A stretch of DNA of 64,000 nucleotides from an uncultured Chthonomonadaceae bacterium (lineage in GTDB: Bacteria; Armatimonadota; Chthonomonadetes; Chthonomonadales; Chthonomonadaceae): positions 192,001 to 256,000 of the forward strand of contig CAWFQB010000014.1 of NCBI GenBank assembly GCA_963817895.1. Direction: 5' to 3'. The notes under the pieces are model-generated. The model saw only the letters and a list, made by a program, of their open reading frames with translations, did not search any database and had not been told where the DNA came from. Of the stretch, positions 11,754 through 24,177 are shown in pieces (the stretch's first letter is position 1; every line of letters begins with the position of its first letter). Made by a program: the position numbers and the translations under genes.

Positions 11754-12760
11754 ATGGGACTTATTTCCAAAAGAGTCGAAATCGAGCGACATAGTGTTGG
11801 GATCGCTCCCGACGGATGCAGTGGACGCGGGAACGGGGTACGCGCACGCCTGCTGTTGGCGGCTTGCCGTTGCCACGCCGTCTGGTTTGTGGCGACGCAG
11901 GCGCAGGACCATATGCTGCTGCAAAAACATTGGGAGCCGCTCTGACGAATCCACAAGCAGGGCTTGACTGTGGTAGGGACGCTCAACTCGCGCGAAAGCT
12001 ACGACCGCAATCTGTATCAAGATTATTACGGCGAACAAATCTTCGCGCGTGGTGCTGACGGAATACGGCTGGAAGCCATTTTCGACGTGCGGAACGGCCC
12101 GATGTTCGAGGACCGGACGGCGACGCGATTGAGGCCGCGCTGAAGCAGGATGATGTAGTCGGCTATGCTGATGCTGAGCCGTATCTGCGGGCGCGCGCTG
12201 CACAACCAGATGGGCGATACGGGCGCGTACAGAGTATCCGCGAGGAACTGCCGATCGACATTCCCAGACATACCAAAGATGGCGCGGACGAGACACACCA
12301 CTTTAGGCGCGTTGCTGCGGCGGTATGCAGGGCAGGAGGGGCGTGAGGCAGCGACAAGTCGGAGAGTGGCGATACGGGCAGCAACAGCGGCAGGGAGAAA
12401 GAGAATACTGTCACTATTCCTGCGGAAACGCTGATTGAGGCGTGTCCCGTCGTGCTGACGGATGAGCAGTGTACGGGCGCGTGGATAGAGGAGTTGCCGG
12501 GAAATTTATTGACGCCAACGACGTACACGGTGCATCTGGATTTAACGCCGGAAGGCAGGTCGCGCTTTTTTCAGTGGTCGCATGAGCATGTAAATGAGAA
12601 TGTGGTGTTTGTCCTGAACGATCAGGTGGTCGCTGCGCCGCGCGTGACACAGACGCTGAATGTAAGCGATTTCAACATCAGCAACTTGCAGGATAAGAAA
12701 GCGGCGCAATCGGTCGTGGATTATATCACGCGACAGGGTACGAAACAGGCCGTGAAGTAG
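11754..12760 (+). CDS. Hypothetical membrane-anchored protein with C-terminal SecD P1-head-like domain (frameshifted)
   Basis: Hydrophobic N-terminal stretch; C-terminal VHLDLTPEGRSRFFQWSHEHVNENVVFVLNDQVVAAPRV. Confidence 0.5.
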
Positions 12761-12788
12761 CTAAAATATAAGGTGAAAATAGAGGGGC

Positions 12789-12894
12789 GGGGCCGCGTCG
12801 CGGCCCCAATTTTTTTGGCAGGGCTTAAGCCCTGCCAAAAAAATCGTTTATAGTGAAAACTTGCTTTCGGACTATGCTACATTATCGGACGTTT
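12789..12894 (+). repeat. Composite element copy 2
   Basis: GGGGCCGCGTCGCGGCCCC; 36-bp palindrome 12809-12844; ATTATCGGACGTTT 12881-12894. Confidence 0.85.
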
Positions 12895-12955
12895 CGAGAC
12901 AGCAAAATTAGTTTTATGCTGTCTCGCCTAACTCAATCAGGTACGAAGTACAGGA

Positions 12956-14861
12956 TCAGTATAAGGTGCGCTCATCTGCTACCCTGCGCGTGAACTTAAT
13001 GGTGTCCATGTATTCCAATGCCAGCAGGGAGAAGCGCCGATTGGATTGCGTGAGGTCACGGAAAGCGCCAACGCTGATGCTTTCATGCGCTTGCAGGTAG
13101 TCACGCAGCACGTTTTGAAGCCTTGTTACCGTGGCGGCATGATAGTAGATACCGTCTTCCACTTTTACAAAGCTGGTTGCGTTCCTGTCCCACTTTGAGC
13201 AGGGAAGTGATACGGCATCTACGGGTGTTCTGAGTTCTTTGGCGACCTCTTCAATGGTGGGAACTGCAATATCGTAGCGCTTGTAGATCTCTTCGATTTG
13301 CGCCAGCAATTGCTGTTGTTTTGGGTTTAGCTGTACCTGAAAATCGGCGCGGTGCACAAACGCGCCTTCGGAAGTAAACCGCTGTTCTTTGTGCCAGTGG
13401 GACAGCAGCGAACCAAAGGCTTTGCTGTCTATGTTTTTGCCTGATGCGGCGCGCAGTTCTTCACGCGGCAGGCCGGGACGCAGTGGAAATTGCTCATGAA
13501 AGCGTTCTACAGCTTCTGTCGCGCGTTCGGTCAGCCCATTGCAGTACAAGGGCATGGATGATGCGCTCGTGGGGAAGCGCGACGAGGGTTTGCGCTGTCA
13601 GCAGTGTTTCGATGGCGGAAGCGGCTTCCGTGCGGTGATGCCGACTGGCAGGCGCAATATCGCTCGCAATACGCCCGCAGGCGATTTCAGCAACAGGGTT
13701 TCCACCAAATCTTCCGGCGTACCCCGTTCCCTGGCTTCCAGCGCGGCAAGCGTGGCCGCTTCGCCCTTGCGATGGCGGGCGGGCGTGCGCATCCAGCACA
13801 ATGCCGCCGCCAATAACCGTCATGGGCGAATAGGCGCGGACGACAAACCGGTCGCCGCGCAAGGCGGCGAATTCCGTTTCGCCGCGAAACTGTATATAGG
13901 ATCGTTCTTCCGGCGCTAGCTCGGATTTGTTTTCCAGAATCTCGTATGCGTCCCAGAATTTCCAATGTGCCGATATGGACGCGAACGCGGGCGCGGTCTT
14001 CGAGTAATCTGTCCGCGTTCGGCAGCAGGCGCAACACAGCGTCGAAGGTTGTGGTTGGAACAATGGCTCCGGGCGGCGGCGACCTGCGCGCCTCGTTCCA
14101 ATTCGACAGCATCAATACCGGCAAGGTTGATGGCGACGCGCGAACCGGCTTCGGCTTCAGTGACTTTCTGATTATGCACCTGAAGCCCGCGTACACGCGC
14201 CGTAACTTGTTGCGGCACAATTTCGACCGCATCGCCCGTTCGGATCGTGCCGGAGGCCAGCGTACCGGTAACGACCGTGCCAAATCCGGGGCGCGTAAAC
14301 ACGCGGTCTATGGGCAGGCGGAAAGGGAGGGCGGCGTTGCGGGCTTCGGCGCGGCTGACGGCAGCCATCAGCGACTTTTTTGAGGGCTTCAATGCCTTTG
14401 CCGGTTGTGGAGGATACGCGGATGATGGGCGCATTGGCGAGAAAGGTGTCTTTCAAATGCGCGCGAACATCTTCCTCAACGGCATCCGTCCATTCTTTAT
14501 CCACCATATCCATTTTGGTGAGCGCGACAACGCCGTTTTTTACATCCAGCAGGCGCAGCACGTCCAGATGCTCAACGGTTTGGGGCATCACGCCCTCATC
14601 GGCGGCAATGACGAGCAGAACCACATCCACGCCGCTTGCGCCCGCCAGCATGTTTTTGAGGAAGCGCTCGTGGCCGGGAACGTCCACAATGCCTGCGATG
14701 GTTCCGTCGGGCAGGCGCAGGGAGGCAAAGCCGATGTCAATGGTCATGCCCCGTTCCTGCTCTTCCTTGAGCCGGTCGGGGTTGGTTCCGGTGAGCGCCT
14801 GAATCAGCGTGGTTTTGCCGTGATCTACATGTCCGGCGGTTCCAATGATGACGTGCTTCAT
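12956..14861 (-). CDS. selB: Selenocysteine-specific elongation factor (frameshifted)
   Basis: [70 protein letters not shown]-terminal [20 protein letters not shown]. Confidence 0.93.
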
Positions 14862-14877
14862 GGTGTAGGGAGTAGCG

Positions 14878-15896
14878 TCAGGGATCAGGTCGGAATACAC
14901 TGAGCGAGACATAGGGGCCTTCGCGCAAGATTCGGGTTCTGCTGTGGTGGCGACGGCGTATTGCCAGAGGCGGTCGGGGGCGGCAAAGCCGGATTGGGTT
15001 CCTGCCGCGCCTACCTGTCCGTCTTTGCGAATGGCGATAAGGGCCGCGCCGTAATTGTCGTGAAGTCGGGGATCGCGCTTGCGCAGCAGATAGCGAAGGG
15101 TTTCTTCACAGGCTTCCTGCGCGGTTCGGCCCTGTTCCATGAGCATCACGACTCGGTAGGTGACACATGCCTGCATCATCTCGTCGCCGTGCCCGGTCGC
15201 TGCCGCGCAGCCTACTTCGTTATCCACGTACAGGCCGCTGCCGATGATGGGGGAATCGCCGACACGTCCCGGCACTTTCCACGCCATGCCGCTGGTCGTG
15301 CAGCCGCCTGCCAGATTGCCCTGCCCGTCCAGAGCGCACAGGCCGATGGTATCATGATTGTCCGGCGTCAGTTCAGGAAGCATTTGCGCGTTGGGATGAG
15401 GCCTGCCGTGCGGTTCGCCATAAGGTGAGGAGGTTTTTGGGCCGACATCGAAATGCGCTACATCGGAGGAGTGGGCGTTCTGGTTCCACTCCTGCCATTT
15501 TTGCAGGCTGTCGGGCGTGAGCAGTTCCTGCTCCTGAAAACCCTGCTGAACGGCGAACCGGCGGGCGTTTTCTCCCACAAGCATAACATGCGGCGTTTGC
15601 TCCATCACGCGGCGGGCGACGGAAATAGGGGTTCGGATATTGGTCAGGGCGGCGACCGCTCCCGCCGTATGGTTCAGGCCGTCCATAATGACCGCATCCA
15701 ATTCGACAACACATTCCGCATTGGGACGTCCGCCATAGCCGACCGAATTGACGGCGGGATCGAGTTCGGTGACGTTGGCCGCCGCTTCAATGGCATCCAG
15801 ACGCTGCCGCGCCTGCCCGACAGCTTTCTGCCAGCCTACGCGGGCGGCGGCAATGCCAAACTTCCATGTTGTAACCATTACAGGCTGAACGCTCAT
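14878..15896 (-). CDS. N(4)-(beta-N-acetylglucosaminyl)-L-asparaginase (Ntn hydrolase)
   Basis: [54 protein letters not shown]. Confidence 0.88.
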
Positions 15897-15992
15897 AAAA
15901 TTGAAGACTCCGATTAAGAACACATCCGGTCAAAGTTCAGGACACAACATGTTGTGTCCCTCCGAATGTTTGATTGAATATAACCCGAAATG

Positions 15993-17695
15993 CTATGACG
16001 CTTGAGCCATCGTTTCGCGCCGAAGTTTCTGCTCCTGATACAGCTGGCGGAAAATGTTGAATTTGGCGGCGTGATAGGCGGCGGTGGCCGGGTTCGGATG
16101 GATGCGCTGTCCGGCATGGCTCATGTGCTTCATGGCGGTCAGAACATCCGGGTAGATATCGGCTCCGACTGCGGCTAGAATCGCGCTGCCGAGCAGAACC
16201 GCTTCCGGTTCTTCGGGAAGAACGAGCGTCAAACCCGTAGCGTCCGCGTGTTCCTGTAGCCAGAGGGGGTTTTTCGTTCCGCCGCCCGTGACAAAAAGCG
16301 TATCAATCTGATAGCCCGCCTCATTCATGGCGCGTACTATGTCGCGCGTTCCATAGGCGACTGCCTGCAAGGTGGCATAGTAGCGCAATGCCTGTGAGGT
16401 AAGGGAGGCGTCCAGCGTCAGGCCGTCTATGATGGCATGGGCGTACGGATCGGCATTGGGCGAGCGGTTGCCCAGAAAATACGGCAAAACGTGCAGATCG
16501 CGCGTGAGCAATGCGGAATAGGGCAGATCCTTCCTGTTGCTGTAGACGTTCCAGTTCCGCGTTGAGAAGTTGATAGACTGTAACGCCCTGTTCCCGCGCT
16601 TGCGCGTTCAAAGCAGGCGCATTGGCGTGGTCGGCGATAACGTGGTCTATCGCGCTGCCTGCCGCGCTTTGCCCGCCCTCCGTCAGCCACAGGCCGGGAA
16701 CCATCGCGCCGAAATAGGGTCCCCATATTCCGTTGATGAATTTAGGTTCGCGGGACACGGCCATGTGGCAGTTGCTTGTACCGCCGATGAGGGCAAGCGC
16801 GGTTTCCAGCTTCGCGGTATCGCCTCGCGCTTTGCCTGAACTCGTTTCCAGTATCCTTCTGTTGCGCTGTATTCTGGCTCGTCCTGAAATACGGCTCCCA
16901 GGAGGCCTAATCCGCCCGCGTGAGCGTCTATGATGCCGACGCCGACGTGGCATTGGGTTGTCAGGCCGAGTTCCGCTGCGGCTGCGGGCGTGAGTGTGCC
17001 AAGCGGCGTACCCATCGGGCGAACATCGTTGCCGATTTTCTCGCCTTCCAGCGCGTCGCCAATGCCGATGGCATCAAAGTAATTGCGATCCCACTGCCCA
17101 TTTTGGCCCTCATGCCCTAAATACGTCCATTTGCAAACGACGGTACACAGACTGCGCGCGTTGCTGCCCGTCGAGCGATAGGTCAGGAAGTCGGCCAGAT
17201 CAAGAAACTTCCCGGCCCGTACCCACGTTTGCGGCAAATGCGTTTTCAGCCATTTGAGTTTGGGCGTTTCCATTTCGGGCGACAGGCTGCCGCCGACATA
17301 TTTCAGAACATCGTAGCCGCCCTGATTGATGGCGGCGGTTTCGGCAAGGGCGCGATGATCCATCCAGACGATCACATTGCGGTTATTGTCGCCTTCCATG
17401 TCTACGGTAAGCGGCTTGTCGTCTTATCCAGCACAACAAGGCTGCAAGTGGCGTCGTAACTGATTCCCGCAACCTGTTCGGGCGAAATGCCTGCTGTTTC
17501 TACACAGGCGCGTACCGTTTTGCAGATTGCCTGCCAGATGTCTTCGGAAGACTGCTCCACAAAGTTTGGGCGCGGCTTCCAGGTTTGTATCGGCTCCACA
17601 GCGGAAGCGAGCAGAGCGCCATCAGCCGTGAAAAGTCCGGCTCGCGCGCTGCCCGTTCCCACATCTACGCCGATGATAGGTGAGGTGAGGGTTGT
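15993..17695 (-). CDS. FGGY-family pentulose kinase (frameshifted; start approximate)
   Basis: [73 protein letters not shown]. Confidence 0.9.
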
Positions 17696-17699
17696 GCTG

Positions 17700-18549
17700 T
17701 GAGTTCAGGCTGCAGTTGATTTCTCCCTCAAAGACCTGTTCGGCGGGGCCGGTCATGATGACGCGGTTGTCGCCCATCCATTCGATGCGCAGGTCGCCGC
17801 CGGGCAGATGTACGAGGACGTTACGCCCGGTTTTGTTGTTGAGGACGCAGGCGACCACGCAGGCGCAGGCTCCCGTGCCGCAGGCCAGCGTTTCTCCGGC
17901 GCCGCGCTCCCACGTTCGGACGATGATTTCGCCTGTGCTATTGACCTGAACAAAATGGACATTCGTCCGTTCGGGAAACGCTTTATGATTTTCGATGAGC
18001 GGGCCGAATTTTGCGACGGGAAAATCTTCCACGTGATCTTCAAAAATAATGACATGGGGATTGCCCATAGAAACGGCGGTAATATCGAACTTGCGGCCTT
18101 CCACTTTCAATCCTTCGCCAATCACGCGGCCATTGTCGTCGCCGCGCATGGGGATTTCGGAGCGGAGCAGTTGGGGCTGTCCCATATCCACGCGAACCGC
18201 CTCCACTTTGCCGGCGCGCAGCAAGCAATCGCAGCAGTTTCACGCCCGCCAGCGTTTCCACTTTGACCTGCGTATCCGAACAGAGTTTGCGGTCATAGAT
18301 ATATTTGGCGAAACAGCGGATGCCGTTGCCGCACATTTCGGCTTCGCTGCCGTCGGGGTTGAACATCCGCATCTTGTAATCGGCCACTTTGGAGGGCAGA
18401 ACCAGCAGCAGGCCGTCGCCGCCAATGCCGAACTTGCGGTGACACAGGCGACGGCTGATGTCGCCGTATTGCGCTTCTTCAAGGGTTTCCGTCAGGGCAT
18501 TGACGACAACAAAATCGTTGCCGATGCCGTGCATTTTCGTGAATTTCAC
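17700..18549 (-). CDS. dapF: Diaminopimelate epimerase (frameshifted; 3' end approximate)
   Basis: KFTKMHGIGNDF, NPDGSEAEMCGNGIRC, SMGNPH, WERGAGETLACGTGAC. Confidence 0.93.
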
Positions 18550-18612
18550 CTTGATTTCACCTTCAACTCCTGCAACCAACCATTGTTCGGGCAACCAGCA
18601 GAGTTGGCAATA

Positions 18613-18966
18613 CTACGCGGCAACTGACGCGGGCACAGGGTTGCCCCTACTCCTGTGAGGAATTCGCGTGTCCCGCGCTTCGCGGCTTTCGCGCGGTTCG
18701 CGCTCCGCGCGTTCGCCCATCGAGTCGCGGTGCGTTTCCTGATAGAAGTTGGATACCGGGCGGGAAGGCACAATGGACGTGACCGCGTGTTTGTACACGA
18801 GTTGGGTGGGCTTGCCGACAGAATCCAGCAGGATGGTGAACGCATCGAAACCGCGCACCATGCCGCGCAATTGAACGCCGCCGATGAGGTAGATGGTGAC
18901 GCCGATATTCTCCTTGCGCACTTGATTCAGAAATATGTCCTGAAGGTTCAACTGGGGTTTGTTCAT
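18613..18966 (-). CDS. hfq: RNA chaperone Hfq (C-terminal end uncertain)
   Basis: [51 protein letters not shown]; directly downstream of miaA; SD CAGGAG. Confidence 0.95.
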   Translation of the reverse strand: MNKPQLNLQDIFLNQVRKENIGVTIYLIGGVQLRGMVRGFDAFTILLDSVGKPTQLVYKHAVTSIVPSRPVSNFYQETHRDSMGERAEREPRESREARDTRIPHRSRGNPVPASVAA

Positions 18967-19045
18967 GTTCAATCTCCTGCCCGATGAAAAAGTTTCGGGA
19001 AAAATAAAACGATTCGGACTTCTGAGAAATTGGTGGTCCCGATTG

Positions 19046-19993
19046 TCAGAGTTCCGACTGAATGGCAGCCGCAACTTCGGCGGCGTTCTGTCCGGCAGAC
19101 GTCCATCCACTGCAATTGCTTGTCGGCGCGAAACCAGGTGAGCTGGCGTTTGGCGAAACGGCGCGTGTTGAATTTGATCTCTTCGATAGCGGCTTCCAGT
19201 TCGTGTTTTGCCCATCAGGTACGCGCAAATCTCTTTGTAGCCCAGACTGTTCATCGCGCTTAAATCGGGCGTATAGCCTCGAAGGATTAATTGGCGCGCT
19301 TCTTCGATAAATCCTGCCGCAATCATGGCATCTACGCGCTTTTCTATGCGCTCGTATAAGTACCTCTCGCGGCAGGGTCAGCCCGAAACGGCGTATGGGC
19401 CTGTGCGGGCGCGTTCGGCGGTCTTCCGCCTGATAAACGGAAAGCGGCGTCTTCGTGACCTGATACACTTCCAGCGCGCGTATGATGCGCAGCGCGTCGT
19501 TGGGGTGCAGGCGGGCCGCTGTTTCCGGGTCTACGGTTTGCAAACGCGCATATAGGTTTTCAATGCCCTGCGCCTTCCGCTCCGCTTCCAGTTCTCTGCG
19601 TACCTGCGAATCGCCCGGCGTGGCGGCAAGGCTCCAGTCTTCCACAAGGGCGCGAATATACAGCCCGGTTCCGCCGCAAACTATGGGCTGTTTGCCGCGC
19701 TCGAAAATGTCTTCAATGGCGGCTTCGGCCTGCGTTTTCCAGTCCGATACCGTAAATTGCTGATCGGGATCGGCGACATCCAGCAGATGAAAGCGGACTC
19801 GGGCCTGCGCTTCCCTATCCGGTTTCGCCGCGCCGATGTCAAGGCCGCGATAGACCTGAACGCTGTCGGCATTGACGATTTCGCCGCCGATACGCTCGGC
19901 CAGTTCCAGCGCGGCGTCGGTTTTGCCGGTTGCCGTCGGCCCGACAATGGCAATGGGTTGCCGCGCCTGGGTCCATAATTTTTGCGCTTCCAA
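19046..19993 (-). CDS. miaA: tRNA dimethylallyltransferase (frameshifted)
   Basis: [53 protein letters not shown]. Confidence 0.93.
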   Translation of the reverse strand: MEAQKLWTQARQPIAIVGPTATGKTDAALELAERIGGEIVNADSVQVYRGLDIGAAKPDREAQARVRFHLLDVADPDQQFTVSDWKTQAEAAIEDIFERGKQPIVCGGTGLYIRALVEDWSLAATPGDSQVRRELEAERKAQGIENLYARLQTVDPETAARLHPNDALRIIRALEVYQVTKTPLSVYQAEDRRTRPHRPIRRFGLTLPREVLIRAHRKARRCHDCGRIYRRSAPINPSRLYARFKRDEQSGLQRDLRVPDGQNTNWKPLSKRSNSTRAVSPNASSPGFAPTSNCSGWTSAGQNAAEVAAAIQSEL

Positions 19994-20073
19994 AAGGTTT
20001 GATTTCCCGCGAATGGCAGCCATAAAATTGCTGTCTGATTGGCGCATCACGCGACAACAGTATAGCACAACTA

Positions 20074-20832
20074 TTAGGGGGGCGCAAGACGAAAACTCTC
20101 ACCGGGCGCGATGGCATGGATGGTCAGGCCAGCGATGTTCTGAGTATGGATTGCCAAGTTCTTCGGGTGTGCCGGTCAATGCCGGGAACGTGGCATAGTG
20201 GATGGGAAGCACATGCGATGACGCCGAGCAGTCGAATGGCATGAGACGCCTGCTTCGGCCCCATTGTAAACAGATCGCCAATGGGAAGCAGGGCGAGGGT
20301 GGGGGAGTACATCAGATTTCAGCAGCGCCATATCTCCGAACAAAGCCGTATCGCCCGCCGCGTAAACAGTAAAGTCGTCTTCCATGCGGAGAATGTACCC
20401 TGCCGGCTTCGCCGCCATAAACAACGGTTCCATCCTCTTCGGTGAAACTGGACGAGTGGATGGCCTGCGTCATGATAACTTCGATGCCTTCAATATTCTG
20501 GCTGCCGCCCTTACTCATGGGCCTGATGTTCTGCTGGATGTTGGGAATGTTTTTGGTTGCAAGCCAGTTGCAGGCCTCGAAAATGCCGACAACAAGCGCC
20601 TCCGGGTTGGCCGCGCAAATCGCTTCCACATCCCCGACATGATCGCTGTGGATATGGGTCATAAGAATGGCATCCAGTTTGCCCAGTGCTTCAGGCGATT
20701 TGTATTGTTCGGGACAGCGCGGGTTTCCGGTTGTCCAGGGGTCAATAAGCAGGCGCTTGCCGCCGGGTGTTTCGATCAGAACCGTGCTGTGTCCGAGATA
20801 GGTGAATTGCGTATATGTGGTGTTGTACTCAT
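20074..20832 (-). CDS. Metal-dependent hydrolase, metallo-beta-lactamase fold (UPF0173-like), frameshifted
   Basis: YLGHSTV..LLIDPW, THIHSDH, AIHSSS, AGDTALFGDM, LPIGDLFTMGP, PIHYATFP. Confidence 0.85.
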
Positions 20833-21325
20833 AACGTGCTTATTTCTTTCTTGTTTGTCCAGAGGGCGCGTTCATAGGCTTTGATACGGAACCAGAGCAG
20901 CATCAGCGTCAGGGCGAAGGTGGCTCCAACAGTATCAATGAGTACATCGTGGATACTGCGGTTCGTCCGGGGACGAAACTCTGATGAAACTCGTCCAGAC
21001 AGGCGTAACCCGCGCACAGGGCAATCCCGCCGACGAACGCCTGCCATTTCAATTGCTCCTGCCCGAACTGTACGGCGCGGGCGGTAAGTAAGGCGAGTAT
21101 GGCGTATTCGGTGATATGGGCGCATTTACGGATGAGAAAGTTCGTTTTGCCGATGGCGTCCGCGTTGAGCGAGCTGGCTTGATCGGGCGTGAGCAGTTTG
21201 AGCAGCCGTATCAGGGCGTGAAGCGTGACCTGTTCGGCTCCCAATTGGGTTGACGCGAGAGAAATCACGATCAGCCAGATGACTACGGGAACAACATAGA
21301 AAAGGGCGCGGGCGCGTTGCGTCAT
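20829..21325 (-). CDS. VanZ-family membrane protein (in frame with the upstream M61 tail in this assembly)
   Basis: IRKCAHITEYAILA, YACLDEFHQSFVPGRT, DVLIDTVGA; own SD (AGGGGAG) and ATG at 21325. Confidence 0.8.
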
Positions 21326-23387
21326 GGCGTGGAACGCTCCCCTGTTTGCTGTTTGGGCCAGTGGCGTAGGGCGCGTCGGGGCAAACAACCGATTCTGTAA
21401 CTCCTTCGCGTCCTGCTGCTCCTGCGGCGATAAGCGACCTGCCGGGAGTGGCGACAGTTGATGATGCTCGTAGACCTCACCCGCTTTTCCTGTCAAACGA
21501 AGAATCTGATCGCCGCGCTGGACTTGAAGGGTCAGCATGGCATTGCGGGGCAGCGCGTGAATGACATCATGGAAATTGTCTGCGGAAACCGCGCGTCTAC
21601 GGGTTGCCCGTCTGCGTTCGCTACGATACGCAGCAATCGGTCACCCGCTTTGACGCCCATGCGGGCGGCGGCATGACCCGCTTCCACGACTATCAACCAC
21701 CGCGCCGGGCTGACCGCTGTTTTGCGATTCGGCAAGGCGGACGCCGAGGAACGGGGCGGTGTCGCGCTGCAATTGCAGACCGGCAGCGGCAAGCGCGACA
21801 TTCCAGTCTATCTCGTCCGTATTCTCAATCAGGCGCGCGTATTCCGCCCCTAAATCCTGTCCGGCAACGGCATTGATGGCGGCTGAAGGGCGTCTTCGGG
21901 GTACGCTAGATTGCGCGCGCCGTACAGCGTATCCAGACGCCGCATCACGTCATCCAAGACCGGCCTGATTGTGGGTCAGCGCGCGAAGGCGCAGGTCGAA
22001 GTAAAGGCCGACAAGACTGCCTTTCAGATAGTAACTCAGGCCGTCGTACCCTTCGCTGCCGCCCTCCCAGGCGCGGGTACTCGCGTCATGCAGGGTTACG
22101 CGAACGCGGGCAGGCGTGTGGTCCAACTGCTGAATACGATTGGTCATGTCGCGCCAGAACCATTCCCGCGTTTTCAGGCCGCTGCGAACCAGTAACAGTT
22201 GCGCGTAGTAATCGGTAACGCCCTCGGCAAACCAGAGCGAAGCAGTATGAACCTCCTGCGTATAATCAAAAGGGCCAAGTCCGCCGGGGCGCAGGCGCTT
22301 GACGTTCCAGGCGTGAAAAAATTCGTGCGCGGATGTAGTCAGAAAATCGTCGCTCAGTGCCGCTTCCCAAATCCGGTTCCCAGGTGAATTACGGTAGAAT
22401 TGTGGTGTTCCAGGCCGCCGAAGAAACCCGCGCCGCCGAGATGGTAGATAAAGTCATAGCGGGTAAAGGGCGCATTGCCGAAGACGGCGATGGCCGCATG
22501 GGTGATACGCCGCAGCGAATCGCGTATGCCCTCTTTGTTGCCTGTCTGCCTGCCAACGATAATGCACTGAAACTGTGCGCCGCTCTCCTGAAATTCAATG
22601 GTGTCGAATTTGCCCAATTGAATGGGGCAATCTATCATTTCATCGTAGGTACGCGGCTTGAAAGTAGAGTGGAGCGGATGCAGGCTGTCATCGTGATGCA
22701 ATCTCTTTTGGGGAAGCGGGTTCCAGCGGCGTGGCGATTTGCCAGCCGGTAGGAACTTCCAGCGACAGGGTACAGGGATTTTGAGTTTGGCCTACGGGAT
22801 ACATCAGGGCGGAGGCGCCGTTGACATAGCCGCGCTGATTCCGCATGTCCAGGCTGCTGCCGAAAAAGCCAAGCCCCGCATCGTTCGCGTCCACATCATA
22901 GGAAACGGATGATCGGCTGAACGGGCGCAGGAGACAGGGAAGAGGAATTCGACGCGCCATGAACGCGCAGAAGGGTGGGCAACGGTTACGGAGCGACCCT
23001 GCGCATCCTGAGCGCGGACGTTATGGATGCCCGATTCGTAGTGTAAAATCTGATAATATCCCGGCGTCCAGGCTGGAATGGCAAACTCCGATAGCTATCA
23101 TTGTTCAACCGGGGCGCGGTAATGGTGACATGAAGTTGCGCCGCATGATTAGCAGTTTGCGGCGTGGGTACAGAAAGCGTATAGCGAACAGGCTGTAGGG
23201 CAGCAGTATTTATGGCTTCCTGACGAACTGGCGCATTTTCAATGACACTTGCTTGCGACCAGGCGGATGCGGGCAGCAAATACAGGGCTATCAGCAGGCG
23301 CAGGAGACTAAGATGCAAACGCGGTTCGTCTTTCGTTGGTAAAGGTAAAATCTTTGCAAGGCGTGAGTTCCTTTTCGGTTGGTTCAC
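21322..23387 (-). CDS. M61-family metallopeptidase with C-terminal PDZ domain (several frameshifts)
   Basis: YDEMIDCPIQLG, GGLEHHNST, AHEFFHAWNVKRLRP, WFAEGVTDYYA, YYLKGSLVG, AARMGVKAGDRL. Confidence 0.8.
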
Positions 23388-23538
23388 AGGCTAATTCAAT
23401 TTTTCGCTCTTATTCTCCTGCCTGGACGATTTCTCTTATAGGCGGGTATGAAGCAGGAACGAGGACAAATAGCCCTCAACCCCTACCCCCTTCTCCCAAA
23501 AAAGCCTGGGAGAAGGGGAAGCCGGCACAGGAGTAGTC

Positions 23539-24135
23539 ATGGGATCGGACATACTGGAAGCGAAGTTAATAAGCAGGCTGGCGCCAATTCGGTTGTTGAC
23601 GATGGATGTGGACGGCGTGTTGACGGATGGAACGTTTTCTTATGATAATGAGGGCGGGGAATCAAAACGGTTTCATGTTGCGGATGGGCTGGGAATTGTG
23701 TTATTGAGAATGCAGCAGATCGAAGTGGCGTGGATTACCGGGCGGAAAAGCGCGATTGTAGCGCGGCGGGCGCAGGAGTTGGGCGTTGCAAACGTGGTTC
23801 AGGGAAGCTGTGACAAGCGCGTGGCACTGCATCATATTGCCAAATCGCTTGATATTCCTTTATCCGCAACGGCCTATATCGGGGATGATTGGAACGATCT
23901 GCCTGCGTTTGAGGTTGCGGGCATTCGGATTGCCGTCGCCAATGCCGTGAGGGAAGTTCGGGAGCGGGCGGATGTGGTGACGCGGCAATGCGGGGGGCAG
24001 GGGGCGGTTCGGGAGGTGTGCGAAATGCTGCTGGAAGCGCGGGGGGAACGGGAAGCGTGTTTACAAGCCTACTTGAAATCTCTGGAAGCGCCTGCCACAA
24101 ATGATACAACGGGAAACGAACAGATGGGGCAGTAG
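23539..24135 (+). CDS. kdsC: KdsC-family HAD phosphatase
   Basis: MDVDGVLTDG, WITGRKS, YIGDDWNDL, GGQGAVREVCE. Confidence 0.85.
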   Translation: MGSDILEAKLISRLAPIRLLTMDVDGVLTDGTFSYDNEGGESKRFHVADGLGIVLLRMQQIEVAWITGRKSAIVARRAQELGVANVVQGSCDKRVALHHIAKSLDIPLSATAYIGDDWNDLPAFEVAGIRIAVANAVREVRERADVVTRQCGGQGAVREVCEMLLEARGEREACLQAYLKSLEAPATNDTTGNEQMGQ

Positions 24136-24177
24136 TTGCAAATGCCTGTTGCGCCTGCGTGTAGGGTATACTGAACC

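Noticed and set aside
14172..15923. Apparent asparaginase-SelB fusion (583-aa ORF)
   Set aside because: SelB has its own canonical start ([11 protein letters not shown] at 14861), and a 1-nt shift near 14930 gives the asparaginase a natural end ([17 protein letters not shown], stop 14878-14880); most likely an indel artefact
18613..19326. Apparent MiaA-fragment/Hfq fusion ORF
   Set aside because: Produced by miaA frameshifts; hfq has its own SD and ATG at 18966
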